DNA of 26,740 nt from an uncultured Methanosarcinales archaeon. GTDB lineage: Archaea > Nanobdellota > Nanobdellia > Woesearchaeales > GW2011-AR9. The notes under the pieces were generated by a model. That model was not told the origin of the DNA. It did no database searches and was given only the letters and a program-made list of their open reading frames with translations. The stretch spans positions 1 to 26,740 of the forward strand of contig CAYFMJ010000010.1 in the NCBI GenBank assembly GCA_964344235.1, written 5' to 3'. Positions 17,476 to 25,771 of the stretch are shown piece by piece. Position numbers and translations under genes: made by a program. The first letter of the stretch is position 1; every line of letters starts with the position of its first letter.

Positions 17476-17519
17476 CAGAAAATTGCTTTTCTGAGGATCT
17501 TTCGAAATCTTTCGATTTC
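17476..17519 (-). promoter_or_regulatory. Two GNRA-tetraloop hairpins in the predicted leader of the small ORF
   Basis: Minus strand: GAAATC-GAAA-GATTTC (17519-17504) and CAGAAAA-GCAA-TTTTCTG (17493-17476). Confidence 0.55.
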
Positions 17520-17752
17520 TCAACATCTATCAAAAATATCAAAATCAAAATGATATATAAAGACTATCAACGTCGAATATAGAGACTGAAAGCCGATACC
17601 ACTCTGGAAAAAATATTTTGTTTTACTACTGTTGTTTTGTAGTTGTTTGGTACTACTCTTCAAAGAAATTTAGTGTTGTTTTGACTCTTTATTTTTTGAT
17701 TATAATTATTAAGAATGCAAATGTTTAAGTAGATTTTTCATTTCACAATACT

Positions 17753-18283
17753 ATGGATATTGAGGTGGAAGTGAGAAGTTTTCTGACACAAGAGCAGTAT
17801 CAGCAGCTATTGCAGTTCTTTCATAAGAAAGGAGAATTAGTAAAAGAGGATCAACAGGAAACGCATTACTTTGATTGTGAGCAAGATGTAAGAATTCAAA
17901 AAAATAATTCTTATTCTAAAGTTTGGTTGAAGAAAGGGAAACTCCATGATGATCAAAGAGAAGAGATTGAAGTAAAATGTGATAAAGATGATTTTGAGAA
18001 GCTTGAGAGGTTGTTTTCTTCTTTAGGGTATGCAACGAATATCAAATGGTTTAGAACGAGGCATGAATTTTCGTGGGAAGGTGTTTCAGTGATGGTTGAT
18101 TACACGAAAGGATATGGATATATTTTAGAATTAGAAAAAATGGCAACGGACGATACTAAGGAAGAAGTTCTACGAATTTTAAACGAGAAATTAGAACAAT
18201 TAAATGTTACAAAAACCCCCAAAGAAGAATTTGCTAAAAAATACCAATATTATAAAGAGAATTGGCGAAGTTTACTTAACTAA
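17753..18283 (+). CDS. CYTH-domain protein (CyaB class IV adenylate cyclase / triphosphate tunnel metalloenzyme family)
   Basis: IEVEVR (ExExK-like), QETHYF, VRIQK, REEIEV, KWFRTRHEF, VMVDYTKGYGYILELEK. Confidence 0.88.
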   Translation: MDIEVEVRSFLTQEQYQQLLQFFHKKGELVKEDQQETHYFDCEQDVRIQKNNSYSKVWLKKGKLHDDQREEIEVKCDKDDFEKLERLFSSLGYATNIKWFRTRHEFSWEGVSVMVDYTKGYGYILELEKMATDDTKEEVLRILNEKLEQLNVTKTPKEEFAKKYQYYKENWRSLLN

Positions 18284-18505
18284 CCGTAGAAATTCGTCGC
18301 GTGCTAATTTGAGATCATGTTTAACGATTTTGTTTAACAAACCTCTATCCAACGTTTCTGTGGGATGATTTGGTATAATCGTCGTTCTACCATCTGGGTG
18401 CTCAAAAAACATGTGGCTTCCTTTCTGGCGTTTGAATTCGAAACCAATTTTCGAAAGAATCTTAGCGAGCTCTTTAGCTTTTATCTGTGGTAGTTTAGAA
18501 GACAT
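18272..18505 (-). CDS. hicA: HicA-family toxin (mRNA interferase)
   Basis: LSKIGFEFKRQKGSHMFFEHPDGRTTIIPNH with the catalytic GSH motif. Confidence 0.93.
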   Translation of the reverse strand: MSSKLPQIKAKELAKILSKIGFEFKRQKGSHMFFEHPDGRTTIIPNHPTETLDRGLLNKIVKHDLKLARDEFLRLVK

Positions 18506-18508
18506 AGT

Positions 18509-18724
18509 TTATGCTTCAACTTCAATTTGTTGTAAACTTACAAAAGTACTTTTTGTTACTGGTTTTCCTTTGACTTCTAGATATAGTGAGATTGCTTCTT
18601 TCGTTCTTTCCATGAGCTCATCGTATGTTTTCGCTTGAGTATGACATCCAGGTAGGCCTAGAACTTCAGACACTAAGAAGCCATCTTCTCCTTTCTCTAC
18701 AATAACGTTAAATTTTTGTGACAT
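18509..18724 (-). CDS. hicB: Short HicB-family antitoxin
   Basis: FNVIVEKGEDGFLVSEVLGLPGCHTQAKTYDELMERTKEAISLYL; lies directly upstream of hicA. Confidence 0.92.
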   Translation of the reverse strand: MSQKFNVIVEKGEDGFLVSEVLGLPGCHTQAKTYDELMERTKEAISLYLEVKGKPVTKSTFVSLQQIEVEA

Positions 18725-18760
18725 AGTAATAATTACTTTAGAAACTATATAAACATTTCC

Positions 18761-19267
18761 TCACTTCTGCACTAACTCAACGGCTTGATGGCTTTCTACA
18801 TCTCCAGAAGAAGCATTTATTTTGATGTTAATGAATTTCAAACTTTTTGTGATAAACGTAAAGTTCCATAATGGTTTTCCTTCTAATGTCTGAATAACAA
18901 TAAACCCGTCACCAACTTCTTCGTTAGGGAACAGCTCTTTCTTTTTTGCAATGAAAATGTCAGCTGCTTCATCGACAGTTTTTGTTACTGTAGTAATATC
19001 AAGTTCTTCAACGACTTCCTGTTCTTTCTTAAATACGTCATCTTCAGGTTTGATTGCAAAGCTCCCCTCTTTAGGAGATGTGAACACAGTAATTTTATTA
19101 TGTTCTTTATTGAAGAAACCTACTTCCCAATTTGTTTTTGCTTTTAATTCTCCAGAAACGGCACAAAAGAAGTGTGATAAATAGGATTCAGGTTTCTTCC
19201 ACTCTTTAAATAAGTCGGATTGTTGTAATTGTTTCAGAAATTCTTGAGGAGGAGGGAGTGATCTCAT
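18761..19267 (-). CDS. Hypothetical protein, translationally coupled to tfs
   Basis: 168-aa open frame with an ATGA overlap on the tfs stop. Possible PepSY-like C-terminus (WNFTF...INASSGDV). Confidence 0.7.
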   Translation of the reverse strand: MRSLPPPQEFLKQLQQSDLFKEWKKPESYLSHFFCAVSGELKAKTNWEVGFFNKEHNKITVFTSPKEGSFAIKPEDDVFKKEQEVVEELDITTVTKTVDEAADIFIAKKKELFPNEEVGDGFIVIQTLEGKPLWNFTFITKSLKFINIKINASSGDVESHQAVELVQK

Positions 19268-19584
19268 GCGTATTCCCGCCAGGTATGGTTACATTTCACA
19301 CATTTGAAGAATCGTGTCTCTGGCTCATCAGCACCACGAGTTTGTTGAATCCAATAGTATGCAATCCCGTGACCACACTTCTCACAACGAGTTTTGACTT
19401 TCGGATGCGTTTCAATCTGCTCAATAACTTCGATTTTCTTGCCTTCATTAGACGTTTCTCTAATTTCAGCTGTATCTGCCTCTTCCTGTGCTTTAGTGTA
19501 GCCACAGGCACAATAGAGAACTTTCTTTCCAGATTTTTCTTTTGGTCGTAGTATAGAACCGCACTCGGGGCAGAACATTGTCAA
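19264..19584 (-). CDS. tfs: Transcription elongation factor TFS
   Basis: Two zinc ribbons (CPECG...CACG; CEKCG...CVKC) and the QTRGADEPET acidic hairpin. Confidence 0.96.
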   Translation of the reverse strand: MTMFCPECGSILRPKEKSGKKVLYCACGYTKAQEEADTAEIRETSNEGKKIEVIEQIETHPKVKTRCEKCGHGIAYYWIQQTRGADEPETRFFKCVKCNHTWREYA

Positions 19585-19645
19585 TTACCTCGTGTTTTGG
19601 CTAGGATTAGTATTATGATTTATAAAATTTATCGATTTAGAGTAC

Positions 19646-20308
19646 CTATCTTTGAATATCTATGCCTAATGGCTTAACGGCATCTACGAAGAGAATCTTT
19701 AACCAGCCTAAATAAGGAATTCTCAGAATGCCCTTGCCTAATAAGCGGGACTCATCGATTTTAGTCTCACCAAACGTTCCCTGAATGGAGTCTGAGTTAT
19801 GATCGCCTTTTGTTTGGTAAAAGAATTGGCCATTTTCTTCCCAGATCTTAACGACTCTATGGATAATTGGCTGTGGTTTTGTGCCTTGGAAGACAAGAAT
19901 ATCTCCTATTTCTATCGTTTCTCTATTGGCTTTATACAGTATGATAACATCACCTTTGTCAAACCCATTCACAAAGGGGAATGAGGAAAATTGTTGTTTT
20001 GTAATACCATTATCTTCATACCATGCTCCACAAGTGTTCCAGTAGTTATCTAAAGAATCGTGGAACTCTTCAAACTTCTGGCCGCAAATAATTTGGTTGT
20101 GAATACCGTGTTCCATGCTTTCACTTACCACTGCAACGATTGGGAACCCTGTTCCTAGGACAACACCTAATACTGGATAGACAACGAAGCGAATCAGTAA
20201 GAATGCTACGATAATGTTAACGATCCAACTCCAGATGGAATCGTCTTTCCAGAAGAACTGCCAGAATTTTTTGCAGAGAAAGCAGGTTCTTTCCCAATGT
20301 TTTTTCAT
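19646..20308 (-). CDS. sec11: Signal peptidase I, archaeal Sec11 type
   Basis: N-terminal TM, VVSESMEH (catalytic Ser), KGDVI, IIHRVV and TKGDHN. Confidence 0.92.
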   Translation of the reverse strand: MKKHWERTCFLCKKFWQFFWKDDSIWSWIVNIIVAFLLIRFVVYPVLGVVLGTGFPIVAVVSESMEHGIHNQIICGQKFEEFHDSLDNYWNTCGAWYEDNGITKQQFSSFPFVNGFDKGDVIILYKANRETIEIGDILVFQGTKPQPIIHRVVKIWEENGQFFYQTKGDHNSDSIQGTFGETKIDESRLLGKGILRIPYLGWLKILFVDAVKPLGIDIQR

Positions 20309-20369
20309 GGTTGAGTTAATTCAAGTGGTTTTAAAAATGTTTTTATATGATGTTGTGTTTGTTCCTTCC

Positions 20370-21242
20370 ATGTTAATTGGGAAAAAGGTAGTGGATGAAG
20401 GAAAGATTCATGATTTACTACGCTTGATTAAACGTAAGAAAGAATTGTCTACAATCCGAGATGAGTTTGTGCATGATAGAATCTTTGAGTATTTTCAGAG
20501 GAATGTTAGTAAGACTGCGGTGTTAGGAAATCCTAAGTCGAAAAAATATAAACAGATTGTGAAAGATATCCGAGCGGAGTTACGGCGGGCATATGGGTTA
20601 TTTCGTGTTGAGGAGGATAGTAAAAAGAGAGCAGAGTTGGTTGAGTATTTAATTTCTTTATCAGCTGTGTCCAGGAAAGCAGTGACGGAAGTGCTGAAAA
20701 CACATTCTTCTACTCGGGAGAGATTAGAGATTTATGAGAAATTATATCAAAAATTGTGGAAGATAACCGGAACACCAAAGAAAATTTTAGATTTGGGCTC
20801 AGGAATTAATCCGTTTTCCATTCCATTGATGAAATTACGGTCGTTAGAGTATTATGCATACGACATTAGTGAGAATGAGACTAATTCATTGAATCAGTTT
20901 TTTGACTTTTTGTCCGAGAAGAATAGTTATTTCAGTGGGCATGCTGGTGAGTTAGACTTGTTACACTTTGCGAAGATTGAGAAGCTACGGAATGTTGATG
21001 TCTGTTTCTTGTTTAAAATGACTGATGTGTTAGATAAAGGAAAAGGGCACAAGATGTCAGAGGAAGTGATGACGAGAATTCCAGCAAAACATATTGTGTT
21101 AAGTTTCGCCACTAAAACTATGTCGGGAAAGAAAATGACTGCTCCACGAAGACGGTGGGTGGAATGGATGTGCACACGATTGGAGTGGAAATATAAAGTG
21201 TTAGAGTTTCCCAACGAGATTTTTTATGTGATTGCAAAGTGA
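20370..21242 (+). CDS. FmrO/ArmA/Rmt/Sgm-like rRNA methyltransferase (16S m7G1405 family); start moved to ATG 20370
   Basis: HSSTRERL motif, ILDLGSGINPF SAM-binding motif, YAYDI, DVCFLFK, VLSFATKTMSG, NEIFYV. The track ORF extension overlaps sec11 and its promoter. Confidence 0.8.
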   Translation: MLIGKKVVDEGKIHDLLRLIKRKKELSTIRDEFVHDRIFEYFQRNVSKTAVLGNPKSKKYKQIVKDIRAELRRAYGLFRVEEDSKKRAELVEYLISLSAVSRKAVTEVLKTHSSTRERLEIYEKLYQKLWKITGTPKKILDLGSGINPFSIPLMKLRSLEYYAYDISENETNSLNQFFDFLSEKNSYFSGHAGELDLLHFAKIEKLRNVDVCFLFKMTDVLDKGKGHKMSEEVMTRIPAKHIVLSFATKTMSGKKMTAPRRRWVEWMCTRLEWKYKVLEFPNEIFYVIAK

Positions 21243-21276
21243 ATCTTTTTATAGGCGTGGTTTTCTCTCTACTATA

Positions 21277-22359
21277 ATGGTATCGTTTACGTATATTCAA
21301 ACACAGGAACAGTTAGATGCTATCGTTAGTGAGTGGGGGAAAGAAAAAACGGTAGCAGTTGATTTAGAGTGTGAGAATAATTTACATCATTATGGTGTGT
21401 ATATCACGTTGATGCAAGTGTCTACACCAACAGGGAATTGGATTATTGATGTAATGGAAATTAAAGAGATCGGTTCTTTCTTGCGATTGTTGGAAGATAA
21501 AAGTATTGAGAAAATTTTTCATGATGTCAGTTTTGATTTACGAATTTTAAACCATCAGTTTCAATGCAAACCGAAAAATGTATTTGATACACAAATGGCC
21601 GCATATCTATTGGGAAAAGAGAAGGTGGGATTAGGTTCGTTGTTGGAAGAATATTTTGATATTGCAAAAGAACGGAGGTATCAACGTGTTGATTGGACAA
21701 AGAGGCCATTGTCATTAGGGATGTTAACGTATGCTGCGAAAGATACTGCATATTTGTTACAGTTGAAAGAAAAGTTAGTGACAGAGTTACGGAAAAAGAA
21801 TAGACTCACATGGATGGAAGAAGAAACAGAATTCTTGAATGGCGTTGAGTTTGTCTATCAGCAGCAGGAGTATATGGGTGTTTCTGGAGTAAAGAAAATG
21901 ACTGCGGAACAGAGGGGGAGGTTTAAAGCGCTGTTTGAGTTACGGGAGAACGTTGCGGAGAACGTTGACCGTCCTGTGTTTATGGTGATTCGAAATAAAT
22001 TATTGTTAGAATTAGCAGAGAAACCTCCTAAGGGGTTGCATGGGTGGAAAAAGTTGCGAGGAGTGCATCCAATGGTGCGTAAAGAAGCAGAGCAATGGTT
22101 TAGGGTCATTAAACATGCACGGGATGATGTCTATGTGAAACCAGAAGTGAAGCGGTTGTCATTAAAAGAATATCAGTGGAGTAAGAGGTTGTTAGAGTTA
22201 CGTAATACTATTGCAGAGCAGTTAGGGATTCAGGGATATTTAATTATGAATACAGAGCAGATGCGGGATGTTGTTGTTTCGAGGAGCTTGGGTTCGTTAA
22301 AGAAGTGGCAACAGAGTGTTGTGAACAAGAAAAAATTAGTAAAAGAAATTATTTCTTAG
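21277..22359 (+). CDS. rnd: RNase D-like DEDDy 3'-5' exonuclease with HRDC domain; start moved to ATG 21277
   Basis: AVDLECE (ExoI), KIFHDVSFD (ExoII), FDTQMAA, DWTKRPLS, YAAKD (ExoIII), and HRDC LRENVAENVDRPVFMVIRNKLLLELA. Confidence 0.88.
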   Translation: MVSFTYIQTQEQLDAIVSEWGKEKTVAVDLECENNLHHYGVYITLMQVSTPTGNWIIDVMEIKEIGSFLRLLEDKSIEKIFHDVSFDLRILNHQFQCKPKNVFDTQMAAYLLGKEKVGLGSLLEEYFDIAKERRYQRVDWTKRPLSLGMLTYAAKDTAYLLQLKEKLVTELRKKNRLTWMEEETEFLNGVEFVYQQQEYMGVSGVKKMTAEQRGRFKALFELRENVAENVDRPVFMVIRNKLLLELAEKPPKGLHGWKKLRGVHPMVRKEAEQWFRVIKHARDDVYVKPEVKRLSLKEYQWSKRLLELRNTIAEQLGIQGYLIMNTEQMRDVVVSRSLGSLKKWQQSVVNKKKLVKEIIS

Positions 22360-22753
22360 CTTTCCACCAACCAACAAGTGTCGTGGTGGCTACGAGCAAG
22401 ACTAATGTTAACCAGAATAGTGGGTTGAGGTAATAGGCAAGAGGATCTTGTGGTGCGGTTGATGAGAGAATAAATGGTACGATGATAATAGCGTCAATAA
22501 CAAAGCCAACACCCACAGCAATTAACCCAAAGTATAATCCTGTCTTAACTGATGGTGTTTCTGTTTTGAAATACCATAATGCGAACAATCCCATCAAGAC
22601 AATTGTAAAGACGATGCCCCAAATCCATAAAGTCATTGATGGTTCAACAGCCGTTGTTAAATCAATTCCAAGAACTGCAGCGCCAATAATTCCAATAAAG
22701 AATGATGCAAGATATGCAAGTACGCCCATCCAAATCGCTCTTTTAATGTTCAT
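22349..22753 (-). CDS. Small 4-TM membrane protein
   Basis: Four hydrophobic helices; TATA-like box 21 nt before the ATG. Confidence 0.75.
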   Translation of the reverse strand: MNIKRAIWMGVLAYLASFFIGIIGAAVLGIDLTTAVEPSMTLWIWGIVFTIVLMGLFALWYFKTETPSVKTGLYFGLIAVGVGFVIDAIIIVPFILSSTAPQDPLAYYLNPLFWLTLVLLVATTTLVGWWKAKK

Positions 22754-22807
22754 AGAGGGAGAATAGTTTTGGGGTTTATATTTCTTCTGTTTGATATCGT
22801 GAGAAAT

Positions 22808-22832
22808 TATTTAAACTGTTACAACAATTAAA
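22808..22832 (+). promoter_or_regulatory. TATA box plus palindromic putative operator of the RelBE-like pair
   Basis: TATTTAAA at 22808-22815 lies 21 nt before ATG 22837. TGTT-AC-AACA at 22817-22826 is flanked by TTTAA/TTAAA. Confidence 0.5.
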
Positions 22833-22836
22833 TTGC

Positions 22837-22989
22837 ATGGTTGAAGCTGTGAGTATGTCTGGGGAGAACATTTCAAAAGAAGCTTTGAGACGTTTGCATG
22901 AAGTTAAATCTGGAGAAGCTCAAGTTTTCTCTGAGAAGCGTTTCTTTAGGATTCTGAAAGAAGAAGGTATTAATGTTGATTCTATTTGA
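22837..22989 (+). CDS. 50-aa putative antitoxin (not in the ORF track)
   Basis: MVEAVSMSGENISKEALRRLHEVKSGEAQVFSEKRFFRILKEEGINVDSI. It overlaps the RelE gene by 17 nt, and its C-terminus resembles archaeal RelB-type partners. Confidence 0.75.
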   Translation: MVEAVSMSGENISKEALRRLHEVKSGEAQVFSEKRFFRILKEEGINVDSI

Positions 22990-23299
22990 GTTTCATGAAG
23001 ATTTTGAAAAAGATATCCGAAAATTGGATAGTGCTCAGAAACGGCAGTTGTTAAAAGCTTATCAAAAAATTAAAGAGAACCCAACACGCTTTAAGCACCT
23101 GTCTGGTCCTGGGAATTGTTATTCTGTTCGTATGGGAGATTTCAGAATAGTTTATTTGGTTGAAGACACAACTGTAACACTTCTTACGATAGAAAAAAGA
23201 GCAAAAGTATATGGTTCATACTTGAAAAGGTTATATACTATTAGAGAAGAACTCTTTCCATATGGATTCCAAGAAACAATTTCCTCAGAAACTTCTTGA
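22973..23299 (+). CDS. relE: RelE/ParE-family toxin
   Basis: FHEDFEKDIRKLD...KIKENP...YSVRMGDFRIVY...TIEKRAKVY. Confidence 0.88.
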   Translation: MLILFEFHEDFEKDIRKLDSAQKRQLLKAYQKIKENPTRFKHLSGPGNCYSVRMGDFRIVYLVEDTTVTLLTIEKRAKVYGSYLKRLYTIREELFPYGFQETISSETS

Positions 23300-24194
23300 G
23301 TGGTACTCAGTGAACAAACGAGATTTACCATGGAGAAAGGAGGATGTTACACCATATCACGTTGTTGTATCGGAGATAATGTTACAACAAACACAGGTGT
23401 CGAGAGTTATTGTAAAGTATCACGAATTTCTCGAAAGATTTCCAACGATTTTTGATTTAGCAAATGCACCTTCTGCAGATGTAATTCAGATGTGGAGTGG
23501 TTTAGGATATAATAGAAGGGCGTTGATGTTACACAAATTTGCCCAGGAAGTTGTTGAACGATATGACGGAGTGATTCCTTCCGTGCCTGAAGCGTTGATT
23601 AAGTTGTCCGGCATTGGAGCGTATGCGGCGGGCTCGATAGCATCGTTTGCGTTTAATCGACCAGAGCCTGCGATTGACGTGAATGTGCGGAGAATTTTCC
23701 ATAGATATTTTGATGGAATAGATAAAGGGTTGCCCGGTTCACGTGTTGAGGAGAAGAAGTTGTTTCGTTTGGTGAAAGAAGTTATTCCATCTGGGAGAAG
23801 TAGAGACTTCCATAATGCGCTGATGGATTTTGGTTCTGCAATTTGTTTGAGGAATAATCCAAAGTGTGGTGAATGTGTAATGGCTGGCTGTAGGTTTGCA
23901 CCGTTGTATGAAGAAAAGAAAGAAAAAGTGATGTTTGTGAAGGAGAAGAGGGTAGAGCCAGGTCGTGTGGAGGAAGGGAAACATATTCCAAATAGAATTT
24001 TTAGAGGAAGAATTGTGGAATTTGTGAGAAAGAATGCAGGAGTTATGTTGATTGATGAGTTAGGCAGAACGGTAAAGGAAGATTATTCTGTTAAGGATAG
24101 AGAGTGGTTATTAGGATTATGTGAGAAGTTGTCTAAGGATAAGTTAATTGTGTTTGAGAAAAGAGGAAAAGAAGTGGAGTTGGGATTGGGTTAG
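23262..24194 (+). CDS. mutY: A/G-specific adenine glycosylase
   Basis: RDLPWR, VVVSEIMLQQTQV, WSGLGYNRRA, LSGIGAYAAGSIASFAF, IDVNVRRI, ALMDFGSAIC...PKCGEC. Confidence 0.95.
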   Translation: MDSKKQFPQKLLEWYSVNKRDLPWRKEDVTPYHVVVSEIMLQQTQVSRVIVKYHEFLERFPTIFDLANAPSADVIQMWSGLGYNRRALMLHKFAQEVVERYDGVIPSVPEALIKLSGIGAYAAGSIASFAFNRPEPAIDVNVRRIFHRYFDGIDKGLPGSRVEEKKLFRLVKEVIPSGRSRDFHNALMDFGSAICLRNNPKCGECVMAGCRFAPLYEEKKEKVMFVKEKRVEPGRVEEGKHIPNRIFRGRIVEFVRKNAGVMLIDELGRTVKEDYSVKDREWLLGLCEKLSKDKLIVFEKRGKEVELGLG

Positions 24195-24195
24195 A

Positions 24196-25665
24196 CTATT
24201 CTAAAGGGTTGGTGGGTGTTTTTTCTATGGTTCTCGCTGTGTATAAGCCTCCTGGTACCTTTATTCCCTTTGGGTCGTTTGTTGGGCTGGGATTTGATGG
24301 TTGTGGAACAGATCCTAGCTTCTGCAGCTCCACTGCATTAAATGCAAATTGTGTCACACCAGTGTCGGCTCCTCCTTCCATAACTTCCCTCTCGGCTCTT
24401 TCATAAGGGTTATTGTCTCCGTCAAATGTTTGCCGGAAATATGCTTCAACATCAACACCATTTCTTCGGGCGTCCAAGAGTGCTCGCATGACAATTCCTG
24501 TGACGCGTGAGTCCATACGCTGTAATAATTCCTGGCCCGTTAGTGATTCTAGCGGATTTGTGTATAGTGAGCTTCTTTCGGCAGCTTGCTCTTCTCTAAT
24601 TCTGTATCTTCTAAATGCTTCTGCGTATCCCGATATGCCAGGGGCAACGACGGCTCCAAATTCTCTTGCAGTTATTCTTGGTACTTCCTGTCCATCACTG
24701 TCAACAAATCGATGGTGATACACTGTTGCCATTAACGTTGCTGCCTGCTCGGTAGCGATTCTGAACCAATTCTGCCGCCGGGCACCAATTGCATCTTGGT
24801 CATCTCTAAATCCAGTAACTCCTGATGCTGCAAGGTAGAGCTTCACTAAATTCGCTGCACTTTCAGCCCCATAACCGGTTACTCGAGAAACATGTGCGAG
24901 TTCAATAAGACTAGTTGTTAGAGCTTCTCCGAGAGGCATCTCTGCTCCTGGGTCAATACCATAATCAAACAACGTTCTTGATGTGCCTGCATGGGCCATT
25001 GTTCGCATTGGGGATCGTGCTCGTGCTATTCTTTGCCTTTGCGTTAGAGCCGAAACGGGGTCTGCTCTTCCATGGTCTCGGAATAGGAAATACGGCGCGC
25101 GTAATTCACTTTCTAGAGCTTTTATGTGGTCGAGATACCCTCCCGCATCTTCGGGATCAAAGCCGGCGGCTTTAAATGCGCTATTGGTAACGTTGCGTTC
25201 TAAATTAGCAACTATAACTGGGTTTGGTTTAAATGATCTCTTGTGTTTGTGGAGGTGTTTTAATTCACTTGCAGTCCATCGATGTGATTTCCACGCTAGG
25301 GTTGTGCGGTTAAGTTCATCATCTTGCAAGCCTCCTTCAGGTTTTAGGGAATAAGTTCTTGATTCAATCTCTGAGAAATATTGAAACGCTACCTCAACTC
25401 CTGTTACAGCTCCTCGAAGTGAATGCCTAGTTGCGGTCATTAGGCCGGGAACTTCTATTAAACGTTCGAGACTGACTGAGTCTACCCTTTCAGTGATCGG
25501 GGCACCCTCTTCGTGTAAATCAAATCTTCCTTGTCTTCCGTGGTTTGCTGCTTCTAATGCTTGTTGGCGTCGCTGCTCAATCCTCATACGGCCTGTCACA
25601 GTCCAGCCATCCCAGAAATCTTGCCAGACACCTGCGGCCCTGTCCCATAATGCTTTGTAATCCAT
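24196..25665 (-). CDS. Hypothetical 489-aa protein, no recognised domain
   Basis: Long open frame with a TTTATACC box 23 nt upstream and a Pro-rich C-terminal tail. Confidence 0.75.
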   Translation of the reverse strand: MDYKALWDRAAGVWQDFWDGWTVTGRMRIEQRRQQALEAANHGRQGRFDLHEEGAPITERVDSVSLERLIEVPGLMTATRHSLRGAVTGVEVAFQYFSEIESRTYSLKPEGGLQDDELNRTTLAWKSHRWTASELKHLHKHKRSFKPNPVIVANLERNVTNSAFKAAGFDPEDAGGYLDHIKALESELRAPYFLFRDHGRADPVSALTQRQRIARARSPMRTMAHAGTSRTLFDYGIDPGAEMPLGEALTTSLIELAHVSRVTGYGAESAANLVKLYLAASGVTGFRDDQDAIGARRQNWFRIATEQAATLMATVYHHRFVDSDGQEVPRITAREFGAVVAPGISGYAEAFRRYRIREEQAAERSSLYTNPLESLTGQELLQRMDSRVTGIVMRALLDARRNGVDVEAYFRQTFDGDNNPYERAEREVMEGGADTGVTQFAFNAVELQKLGSVPQPSNPSPTNDPKGIKVPGGLYTARTIEKTPTNPLE

Positions 25666-25771
25666 ACGTTTAATTTTTTAGATAATTTGGTATAAATATT
25701 TTGTGTAATAGTAACGTTTCTTATGGTAGTCAAAAGATAGATTAATAAAGAATACTTCTCTTGGTTTTGCT

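Noticed and set aside
20214-20369. N-terminal extension of the Rmt-like ORF (also 6432-6470 and 21232-21276)
   Set aside because: The extensions overlap neighbouring genes or promoter boxes; downstream ATGs fit the promoter spacing better.
23840-23900. MutY Fe-S motif with C-X6-C-X2-C-X4-C spacing
   Set aside because: One residue shorter than canonical, but all four cysteines are present; likely tolerated variation.
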